DNA of 10,985 bases, from the NCBI GenBank assembly GCA_044356455.1, contig JBIKWF010000132.1, forward strand, positions 1-10,985. The letters run 5' to 3'. Positions 1 through 7,082 of this stretch are shown piece by piece. Source of the stretch: Bdellovibrionota bacterium. Lineage in GTDB: Bacteria > Bdellovibrionota_C > UBA2361 > JBGSMV01. The stretch's first letter is position 1, and each line of letters starts with the position of its first letter. The position numbers and the translations under genes were made by a program. The notes under the pieces are model-generated. The model was given only the letters and a program-made list of their open reading frames with translations. It was not told the DNA's origin and did not search any database.

Positions 1-1
1 G

Positions 2-148
2 GGAGCTACCTCTACGGATGCTGAGGGTGCTGCGCGTTTTTCAAAGATAGCGAAATCAAAAAAGTCTGTGAATTGCTACGCGGAGGTACGGGGGGAGGGG
101 ACACTGGCAACATCAAATCCGCTCCGGCTTCGCTCGCTTCAGCGCTGA
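2..148 (+). CDS. 3' end of a protein truncated by the window edge (48 aa visible; possibly an Ig-like beta-sandwich C-terminus)
   Basis: Frame 2 is open from the window edge: GATSTDAEGAARFSKIAKSKKSVNCYAEVRGEGTLATSNPLRLRSLQR-TGA(146-148). TDAEGAARF resembles the T-D-x-x-G-x-A-x-F pattern of bacterial Ig-like domains. A strong hairpin begins 11 nt after the stop. Not in the ORF track because it has no start codon in the window. Confidence 0.55.
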   Translation, partial: GATSTDAEGAARFSKIAKSKKSVNCYAEVRGEGTLATSNPLRLRSLQR

Positions 149-159
149 CTCAACGCACA

Positions 160-197
160 ATAGCCCTCCCAGGAGTAGATTCTCTTGGGAGGGCTAT
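160..197. terminator. 16-bp stem-loop between convergent genes, probable terminator or 3' stabiliser
   Basis: ATAGCCCTCCCAGGAG (160-175) pairs with CTCTTGGGAGGGCTAT (182-197), with one G-U on the + strand and loop TAGATT. It lies between the stop at 148 (+) and the stop at 285 (-). There is no clear poly-U tail on either strand. Confidence 0.55.
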
Positions 198-284
198 GCG
201 TCTGTCTCGATGCCAACACCTACCGTGGTCGATACGTTCAGCGGTACAGACTTCTGGCTACTACCAGTTTTCTGATAAGTGAGA

Positions 285-734
285 TTACCTCACGCGGAAG
301 TTCCCGGTCAGTCCTACTGCGCAGCCGCTTGCGGCCTGCAGTACAATTGCGACACGTGCGCCTGAGACCCGCCCGCCAGCGCCCGTGAACCCAGCTGCCA
401 TTTGGCCTCTGGCGCCTCTTGCAGCTCCGCGTCCGTTGAAAACACTTCCCCGAATCGCTCCGCGGTAAGTAATTCCCGAAAATTGTGCTACGCCCGTATT
501 GCCGAACCCTGTGAAACGGAAACCTGAGTTCATCGCCTGTCCGATACGAACATCTGAGCAGTTGGTTCTCGCCACGCGCAGCATGCCGCCAAAATAAGCA
601 GAGCCAGTTATCGCCTGAGTGCTGGCGCCGCCAGGAGGAGCCAACTTAGCGAGCGCGTCTTTCCCGGAGGCCGCATGAGCGGTCCCTGTAAAAGATACTG
701 CAAGAAGAGAAAGAGCGAAAAGAAACTTCTTCAT
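285..734 (-). CDS. Hypothetical secreted Gly/Ala/Arg-rich protein, 149 aa
   Basis: Typical Sec signal peptide MKKFLFALSLLAVSFTGTAHA with AHA cleavage motif; SD-like GGTGAGGT just upstream of the ATG; mature part has alternating beta-strand patterns and two Cys (C59, C138). Confidence 0.85.
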   Translation of the reverse strand: MKKFLFALSLLAVSFTGTAHAASGKDALAKLAPPGGASTQAITGSAYFGGMLRVARTNCSDVRIGQAMNSGFRFTGFGNTGVAQFSGITYRGAIRGSVFNGRGAARGARGQMAAGFTGAGGRVSGARVAIVLQAASGCAVGLTGNFRVR

Positions 735-1022
735 AGAACCTCACCACACCATCATTAAAAACCAAGGGCAGCGACACTGCCCCACTGGCGGCGTCGTACC
801 ACTGAACTCCCCCTAGTCGATGCTTATTGGGTCAGTGCTTCTGGAATTTGCGAAGTCTTAGCGTTTCATGCTGATTGGTGACCCAGGCGGGAGGAGGTAG
901 GTAGATTTCCTAGTTCGACTCCCGCACTGTTGCTTATAACAAACGGCGCTCTTTAAGTCTGAGGATGTTCTGGTGGCCCCCCATAGCTTAAGCTTGGTAG
1001 GTCGTAGAATAGGAACCGACCG

Positions 1023-2765
1023 ATGTCCCAAAATCTCGCCTCGCCCGCCGGCCTTCACTATGCCTACTTCTCCATGGAGATAGGGCTTGAGCCCTTAATA
1101 CCTACCTATTCTGGAGGCCTGGGCGTACTTGCCGGCGATACACTTCGTGCGGCAGCTGACCTCGAACTTCCCGTCGTAGCGGTGAGCCTGGTGCATCGAA
1201 ACGGATACTTTCGCCAGCGCCTCAGCGCAGACGGAACGCAGTCTGAAGAGCAGATGACGTGGAGCCCTGAGCATTCACTACATCCGTGTCTTCCACGAAT
1301 TCAAGTGCAGATAGAAGGCCGGAAAGTATATGTAGCTGCATGGCGCTACCATGTGCGCGGGGTCCATCATTACCCGGTGCCTGTGTATCTGCTCGACACG
1401 CGGCTTGAGGAGAATGGAGAGTTTGACCGCACCCTCACTGATGGGCTCTATGCGGGGGATAGGTACTACCGCTTGTGTCAGGAAGTAGTCTTAGGGGAGG
1501 GGGGAGTAACGATGCTCAATGCCCTCGGTTATTCAAACCTCAGACGTTATCACATGAACGAAGGACACGCCGCTCTTGTAGTGCCTACCCTTATGGCCCA
1601 GCACCTTGCTTCGCACCCCGCCAGTCCGGGGATTGATATGCGCGAACGCATGGTAGCTGCGGCAAGGCGTCACTGCGTCTTTACCACGCACACTCCTGTG
1701 GAGGCTGGCCATGACAAGTTCCCGAAGGATCTTGCGCTGCAGGTGCTTGGGAAAGAGCGCTGGGAGCTCCTAGAAAGGCTCGGATGTACTGACACGCTCA
1801 ACATGACGGAAGTAGCACTGCGTGGCTCGCATTTTGTAAATGGCGTTGCCATGCGGCATAGCGAAGTTTCCCGTGAGATGTTCCCGGGCTACCCGATTCA
1901 CGCAATTACCAATGGTATTCACAGTGCCACGTGGGCTTCCCCGAGTATGCAGGCACTTTTTGATAAACGCCTGCCGGGATGGCGTAAGGATTCTTTCACA
2001 TTGAGATATGCCATTTCGCTTCCGCCCTCTGAAATTTGGGGTGCCCATCAGCAGAGTAAGCAGGAGCTGGTGAATTTTGTCCGTGAGAGCTGTGGAATAG
2101 GCCTTGAACCTGAGCGCTTGACGATTGGTTTTGCTCGGCGAGCGACCGCCTACAAACGAGCCTTGCTCATTTTCCGCGACCTTCCGCGGCTCTTGTCGCT
2201 CGCCGATCGCTATGGGGGGCTTCAGCTCGTATTCGGCGGCAAAGCTCACCCGCATGACTATGAAGGCAAGGAGATAATCAAAAAGATTTATGACGCCGCG
2301 CGAGCCTTGAGCCCTAAAATTTCGGTGGCTTTCATCGAGAACTACGACATGACCTCCTGTAAAAAGCTTGTGGCAGGCGCTGATGTCTGGCTCAACACCC
2401 CGCGTCCGCCGCTCGAAGCGTCCGGGACTAGTGGCATGAAAGCGGCGCTTAATGGAGTGCCAAGTTTAAGTGTACTCGATGGTTGGTGGGTCGAGGGTTG
2501 CATCGAGGGGCGAACTGGTTGGTCGATAGGTGAGGATACAGGGGCCTCTCTTCAGCATGGCGTAGATTTTGATCAGCTTCACGCACAGTCGCTCTATGAT
2601 CGCCTCGAGAACCTCGTCATGCCTGTTTTTTATGGCAATCATGAGAAGTTTGTAAGCATGATGAGAGATGCCATTGCCCTGAACGCCTCCTTCTTTAATA
2701 CCGAGAGAATGATGGGGCAGTACTACCACGATGCATACCGGGATCGATCTACAGAACATCCATAG
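1023..2765 (+). CDS. glgP: Alpha-glucan (glycogen/starch/maltodextrin) phosphorylase, GT35, compact form, 580 aa
   Basis: Family motifs YFSMEIGL, YSGGLGVLAGD, HMNEGH, FTTHTPV, GFARRATAYKR, GKAHPHD, the PLP-lysine signature EASGTSGMKAALNG and DGWWVEG. AGGA at 1011-1014 is a candidate SD. Confidence 0.96.
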   Translation: MSQNLASPAGLHYAYFSMEIGLEPLIPTYSGGLGVLAGDTLRAAADLELPVVAVSLVHRNGYFRQRLSADGTQSEEQMTWSPEHSLHPCLPRIQVQIEGRKVYVAAWRYHVRGVHHYPVPVYLLDTRLEENGEFDRTLTDGLYAGDRYYRLCQEVVLGEGGVTMLNALGYSNLRRYHMNEGHAALVVPTLMAQHLASHPASPGIDMRERMVAAARRHCVFTTHTPVEAGHDKFPKDLALQVLGKERWELLERLGCTDTLNMTEVALRGSHFVNGVAMRHSEVSREMFPGYPIHAITNGIHSATWASPSMQALFDKRLPGWRKDSFTLRYAISLPPSEIWGAHQQSKQELVNFVRESCGIGLEPERLTIGFARRATAYKRALLIFRDLPRLLSLADRYGGLQLVFGGKAHPHDYEGKEIIKKIYDAARALSPKISVAFIENYDMTSCKKLVAGADVWLNTPRPPLEASGTSGMKAALNGVPSLSVLDGWWVEGCIEGRTGWSIGEDTGASLQHGVDFDQLHAQSLYDRLENLVMPVFYGNHEKFVSMMRDAIALNASFFNTERMMGQYYHDAYRDRSTEHP

Positions 2766-2769
2766 TGGA

Positions 2770-4989
2770 TCAAAAATAGATTGAGATAGTGGTTCCTACT
2801 TGCCGCGGATCTCCTCTTTGCAAATATAGTTTCGTCGGGAAGTCAGGCGGCTCATTTCCGAAATAAAAGCCGCGCGTGGCATAGTTTTCCCCGGCCAAAT
2901 TTTTGCCCCAGATTGTCCAAGACCAACGTGGCTGGTGATAGCCGAGAGAAGCACCTACGAGATGGTAGGCAGTTGAGCGCTGGTCATGGCTATCTTGGAA
3001 GTAGTAGGCGTCTTTGCCGGTGAGGTCCACCTGCGCGTACCAAGAGTCGGTAACGTCGTAGCGTAAACTAGTAGAATACTGCCAGTGCGGCGACTGAGAC
3101 TGCTGCCTGCCGTCGAGAAAGGAATCTTCCTCAGACACCGAGGTGTAACGAGTGGTAAGAAGGCTGCCTGCGAGCCGCACTTTGATCTGAGAGGTCGCCT
3201 GAAAGACAAGCTCTTGCTCAGCACCGACATTCCAACCGCGTGCCGCGTTATCAGTGATATAAACGAACGTAAGCGGATCGTTCGGGTCACTCTGGTAGGA
3301 GAGCTTGGTTTGTACGTTGCGCCTAAGCCCACCAAAAAAGGTAGTGCTGCTCGTAAGTCTGTTTTCGAGAAGAGAGCCTTTGAGTCCAACTTCTAGGTTA
3401 TAGAGAGTCTCGGGAGAGAAGGTTCTTCTCTCCTCGGGGATTCCAAGCGAGCTATTGACGCCTCCACCTTTAAACCCTCGAGAGAGAGACACATAAGCGC
3501 GCAGCTCTTCGGCGATATCTCGGTCAAGCGAGAGAGAGCCTCCCCACATGAGGTCATCGGGCCCCTTGTCATTCCCGCGCGAGTCGATAAAGGTCGTCGT
3601 CCGCTGCTCAATTCGTGCTCCAATTCTCAAAGCCGAGAGAGAGTCCAGCGGAGCTTCGTACTCACCAAACGCTGCACTGCTTTTTGCTGAATAGTCGCTG
3701 CTTAAGAAGTCATAGACCTCATTTGCAAAGTAGTTTCTTGTCTCGCTCTCTTCTGAAAGATTCTGAAAATAGAGCCCTGTGACCCAGCGGCTTGTTTGTC
3801 CGTGGGTATAGTTTTCGTCGTCGGTTTTTAGACGAAGTTCTTGTGAAAAAATGCGTCGGTCCCTATCGGTCGACGCAAAGTAGTCATAGGGAGCGTTCGC
3901 TCCCCAAAAGGCATCATTACCCCAATCTCCATCGTAGCTGTAATCAGTGCTTGTCTTTAGATATGAGGTAAGCGAAATGGCCTCGAGGTAGTCGGAGATA
4001 CCCCAGGTCAGCTTTCCGGCGCCGGCGCCCGTGAGCTGAGCGTCGCTTCCGGGCCTATCGGATTGAGTGGTGAGGCTGTTATCAATCGCAAAGGCGTCAT
4101 AGCCATTGTTGAAACGAAGAAGAAGACCGGTTACGTCCGCAGTGATAGAAGGCGCAGCAATCCAGCGCAGCTTCGCTCTTGTGGTGAGTTCATCACGTTG
4201 GTTGGTATCGTCTCTTCCAAGAAAAGCATTGTTTCGAAACCCGTCGCTCTTGTGTTCGTAAGCCGAGATTCGAAAGAGAACCTTACCATCTGAGCCATCA
4301 AGGGGTCCTCCTACCGCAGCGCCCCCAGAAATAAGGTCATCACTTCCCAACGAAAATTGCGCTCGAGAAGTAAAAAATGGAGTCGGGTCAAATGATTTGA
4401 TTGAAATGGCCCCGGCGAGGGCGTTGGCTCCGTATCGTATCGCCTGAGGCCCGCGGAGCACTTCTGTCTGTTCGATATCAAACATCGAGGCTGCGCCCCC
4501 AAGGCTGCTAAGATCAATTTCGTCAACGAAAAATCCTACGGAAGGATTAGGGGCTCCCTCATACTGCTCAACTTCACCTATTCCGCGAATCTGAAAGAAG
4601 GTGGGGCGCGACGATCCTGCGGCCCAATTGAGGTTTGGAATGGTTTCAAGAATATCCTGGAAGTGTTCAGCGGCACGTCCCTCAGCTTCACGCTCAGAAA
4701 TTACCATGCTACTGGCAGGGAGCGACAGGAGGGGGTCCTGAAAGGCGGAGGCATGCACTACAATCTCCGTGAGCACCGGCTTCTCGGGAGCGGAGGAGGC
4801 GACTGGAGTGGGAGTCTCCGCGGCCCTTTCGGCAAACGCGGGAGGAAGGGAAAAACTTGGAACGAGTGCGAGAAGTAACAATAAAAAGCTCACAGGGCGC
4901 AGGCCATAAGTCCTCTGAGTCCGAGAGATTTGCCGCCTCAAGACAGGTTCTTTAGTGCAAACTTTTCTTCCAGTGTACTTTTCCATCAT
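2770..4989 (-). CDS. TonB-dependent outer-membrane receptor, probably for thiamine or a thiamine precursor
   Basis: Signal peptide ending PAFA; TonB-box-like TEIVVHA; plug motifs FQIRGIG...PSVGFFVDEI and EVLRGPQAIRYGANALAGAI; barrel motifs SRGFKGGG, PETLYNLEVGLKG and WGKNL; C-terminal Phe. The TPP riboswitch upstream supports the substrate guess. The start is ambiguous (GTG 4992, ATG 4989 or ATG 4986), after SD-like AAGGTAGG. Confidence 0.93.
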   Translation of the reverse strand: MMEKYTGRKVCTKEPVLRRQISRTQRTYGLRPVSFLLLLLALVPSFSLPPAFAERAAETPTPVASSAPEKPVLTEIVVHASAFQDPLLSLPASSMVISEREAEGRAAEHFQDILETIPNLNWAAGSSRPTFFQIRGIGEVEQYEGAPNPSVGFFVDEIDLSSLGGAASMFDIEQTEVLRGPQAIRYGANALAGAISIKSFDPTPFFTSRAQFSLGSDDLISGGAAVGGPLDGSDGKVLFRISAYEHKSDGFRNNAFLGRDDTNQRDELTTRAKLRWIAAPSITADVTGLLLRFNNGYDAFAIDNSLTTQSDRPGSDAQLTGAGAGKLTWGISDYLEAISLTSYLKTSTDYSYDGDWGNDAFWGANAPYDYFASTDRDRRIFSQELRLKTDDENYTHGQTSRWVTGLYFQNLSEESETRNYFANEVYDFLSSDYSAKSSAAFGEYEAPLDSLSALRIGARIEQRTTTFIDSRGNDKGPDDLMWGGSLSLDRDIAEELRAYVSLSRGFKGGGVNSSLGIPEERRTFSPETLYNLEVGLKGSLLENRLTSSTTFFGGLRRNVQTKLSYQSDPNDPLTFVYITDNAARGWNVGAEQELVFQATSQIKVRLAGSLLTTRYTSVSEEDSFLDGRQQSQSPHWQYSTSLRYDVTDSWYAQVDLTGKDAYYFQDSHDQRSTAYHLVGASLGYHQPRWSWTIWGKNLAGENYATRGFYFGNEPPDFPTKLYLQRGDPRQVGTTISIYF

Positions 4990-5138
4990 CACCTACCTTC
5001 GTTCTTGCCAGCGCTACTCTTAAAAGTAGAAATGAATTTCCGCAGGGCTAAGCACACGCAGCCGCAAATTGCAGCCGTGACAAAACTGGAGTCACCACAG
5101 TTTCGAATCGTCACGGCATAGAACCATGACGCAATACC

Positions 5139-5187
5139 ACTGAGGTATTGTGACTGTGGTATTGTGACTGCGGTATTCTGACTGAGG
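5139..5187. repeat. 3.5 copies of a 14-bp tandem repeat ACTG(A/T/C)GGTATT(G/C)TG
   Basis: ACTGAGGTATTGTG (5139-5152), ACTGTGGTATTGTG (5153-5166), ACTGCGGTATTCTG (5167-5180), ACTGAGG (5181-5187). An inverted partial copy CAATACCAC lies at 5132-5140. Confidence 0.9.
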
Positions 5188-5399
5188 CAGTAGGAGCGAT
5201 GGGAGAGAGTGGGTGGGGCGAAGTTATTGGAGACCAGCAAGAGTGGGCTCCCTCAATACTTTCGCCGTATGGCGGCTTCGCAGTTCATAAGGCCTGCAAT
5301 CTTGCGGGCGAACTGGAAGCTCCCTAAGAACAAAGGTCATAAGCGGTTTTTAAGAGATAATTTCAGAATGAAATTTCCACAAAACCAACTTATCTGTTC

Positions 5400-5494
5400 T
5401 TTCTCTCTCCCTACGCCAGTATTACCTGGGTCAGGTTCTAAGGGTTTCGCGGTTTCTGCGTCTCAGGTCCTTATGGGACCACCCCTGAGAAATT
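5400..5494 (-). ncRNA. TPP (THI-box) riboswitch aptamer
   Basis: The minus strand reads TTTCTC-AGGGGTG-GTCCCATAAGGACC-TGAGA-CGCAGAAACCGCG-AAACCCTTAGAACCTGA-CCCAGGTAATACTGG-CGTAGGGA-GAGAGA. It has the conserved GGGGTG, CTGAGA, ACCC...GAACCTGA, GGTAAT loop and GCGTAGGGA elements, with P1 TTTCTC/GAGAGA and P3 GGTCC/GGACC. Confidence 0.96.
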
Positions 5495-5562
5495 CGTTTC
5501 CTGGATGATGTACCGACTAAACTCGCAAGAAGCAAGAGGATTCACTTTTACTCTGCGGTACG

Positions 5563-6174
5563 CTACCCCTTTGCCAATGAGGTACAGAGTTTACCCGCAA
5601 ACTCCCCGAGAGCCTGATTCATACAGGCAACGATGCCAGGAAGATCGGAATCAGGGACTTCGCAGGGTGTGCTTGCCGCAAGGAACTGCACCTCTTTGCG
5701 CTCAGCTCCATAGGCAACCCGTGCTTTTAGAGAGACCGGGCCCGAGCTTGTTTTTTGAAACTCAAGAATGTCCATGCTGAGCCGAGAGAACTCCGTCGAG
5801 CGGGTCCGGCGTGGATAAATCTCGACTCTACTCAAGGTAGGGCAGGACTCTAGGTTTGTGCGGAGAACACGGGTAAGGTTATCCCCTATGGGCTCTGCCC
5901 ACTGGTGTAAGTCCGAGACCACGAGCTGATTGGTGGCACTCTCCAATACTATTCCGGAGCGGTCGAGGTATCGGGGAATAGAAATGGGTCCGAGCTCGAG
6001 GGGCCTGGGGCTAGTAGTTGCGGGTTCACTCACCATCGCGCGCGCCGAAAGTAGGTGGTAGCTTGTAGGACGGTTTCCGAGGCAGCCTGAAAGACAGATC
6101 AGTGCCAGGCAAAAGAATGTCCTTCCTAAAGGCGTGCGTTGAATTAACATCGGTGCAGTCCAAATACGTTTCAT
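5563..6174 (-). CDS. pqiC: PqiC-family / ABC-transport auxiliary lipoprotein, 203 aa
   Basis: Lipobox LSG-C after a hydrophobic stretch; family-like motifs YHLL, GPISIPRYLDRSGIV and HQWAEP; last gene of the MCE operon, ATG overlaps the upstream stop (TAATG). Confidence 0.88.
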   Translation of the reverse strand: MKRIWTAPMLIQRTPLGRTFFCLALICLSGCLGNRPTSYHLLSARAMVSEPATTSPRPLELGPISIPRYLDRSGIVLESATNQLVVSDLHQWAEPIGDNLTRVLRTNLESCPTLSRVEIYPRRTRSTEFSRLSMDILEFQKTSSGPVSLKARVAYGAERKEVQFLAASTPCEVPDSDLPGIVACMNQALGEFAGKLCTSLAKG

Positions 6175-7082
6175 TATTTACCTCTTACCAGTGCATCGGG
6201 GTTTCTTTGGAGATATTCGGCGAGTTCCTTCACTTGCTGAGATGCTTCTCGAATGTCCTCGAGAAGTTTGCTGAGCTGTACTCTATCCGGTGAGTCATCG
6301 GAAAGCACTGCGTCGAGACGTTCGGCTACTTTATCAAAACGGCTCATTGCCGCTTGGGTGGCTGAAAGTGTCTCCCTGAGCTCTTGGCTCACTGGTCCAA
6401 TCTGAAGATTCGCAGAGTGCATAAGTTGGGTGAGTTCCACAGAGGTCTTACGAAATTCGTCCATGGTCATGGAAAGCTCGCGGGGAAGGCGCCTAAGGTC
6501 TTCGTCTTTAAAAAGCAGCGTGGCCTGGCTCACCATCGTGCGAACTTCAGCCACAATATCGCGAAGTGGAACATCCCCAAGCGCATCACTTAAAATGTCG
6601 AGGGCCGAGGGAAGGGACGGGATTTCACTCAGTTCTGGCATCTCGCCGCCATACTTTATTTCAGTGCCGGGGTAAAAGTTGAGGCTAAGAGAAAGCGCAC
6701 CAGTCACAATACTTTGAATCTCGAGCCTGGCTCGTAATCCCTGTTCTATCATGCGTTTTACTACCGCATTTTCACCCATTGGCCGTTGCCCGACCTCCAT
6801 AAGTGATCCTGGATAGATCTGATAGATAACCGGAATACGTACTTTTTCTTGGCCGTGGTCGATTTGTAGGACAACTTGCTTTACCTCTCCGATATGCACT
6901 CCTCGGAAAAGCACGGGAGCACCGGCAGTGAGTCCGCGTACCGAGCCGTCAAAAAACGTGACGTATCTCTTGGTCTCCCTAAATAAAAGTCCAGATCCAA
7001 GTATCGCGACACCCGCAATAACGATAGCCAGCGCTCCAACTACAAAAAGCCCAATAGCAAAGCGATTCGATTCTTGGCTCAT
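6174..7082 (-). CDS. mlaD: MlaD/MCE-domain (PqiB-like, single MCE domain) periplasmic subunit, 302 aa
   Basis: N-terminal TM anchor (IGLFVVGALAIVIAGVAILG); MCE motif FDGSVRGLTAGAPVLFRGVHIGEV; GLRARLEIQSIVTG; long helical region; PqiB-type C-terminus LAEYLQRNPDALVRGK; ATGA overlap with the upstream gene. Confidence 0.92.
   Translation of the reverse strand: MSQESNRFAIGLFVVGALAIVIAGVAILGSGLLFRETKRYVTFFDGSVRGLTAGAPVLFRGVHIGEVKQVVLQIDHGQEKVRIPVIYQIYPGSLMEVGQRPMGENAVVKRMIEQGLRARLEIQSIVTGALSLSLNFYPGTEIKYGGEMPELSEIPSLPSALDILSDALGDVPLRDIVAEVRTMVSQATLLFKDEDLRRLPRELSMTMDEFRKTSVELTQLMHSANLQIGPVSQELRETLSATQAAMSRFDKVAERLDAVLSDDSPDRVQLSKLLEDIREASQQVKELAEYLQRNPDALVRGK

Noticed and set aside
73..388. ORFs 73-282 and 185-388 on the + strand
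   Set aside because: TTG starts, cross the terminator-like hairpin and conflict with better-supported frames (2-148 and 285-734).
766..782. GGGCAG-cgaca-CTGCCC hairpin upstream of the secreted-protein gene
   Set aside because: Only 6 bp and no riboswitch consensus recognisable around it.
905..930. GTTCGACTCCCGC resembles a tRNA T-arm
   Set aside because: No matching 5' T-stem, D arm, anticodon arm or acceptor stem can be built; the bases pair in a simple hairpin instead.
985..994. Perfect 10-bp palindrome AGCTTAAGCT upstream of glgP
   Set aside because: Several palindromes of this length are expected by chance in 11 kb and it matches no operator I recognise.
5139..5187. Repeats as a mini CRISPR array
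   Set aside because: The units are contiguous 14-mers with no spacers and there are no cas genes in the window.
4989..5240. 83-aa minus-strand ORF overlapping the receptor start
   Set aside because: TTG start without an SD, runs through 14-bp non-triplet repeats and hairpins, and shows no PnuC-like or other recognisable features; better explained as leader RNA.
5224..5340. 38-aa uORF MTFVLRELPVRPQDC... on the minus strand downstream of the aptamer
   Set aside because: No SD upstream of the ATG and no recognisable peptide features; cannot be supported without ribosome profiling.
5209..5780. ORFs 5209-5508 and 5505-5780 on the + strand
   Set aside because: Antisense to the TPP riboswitch and the pqiC-like gene, with no protein-like features.
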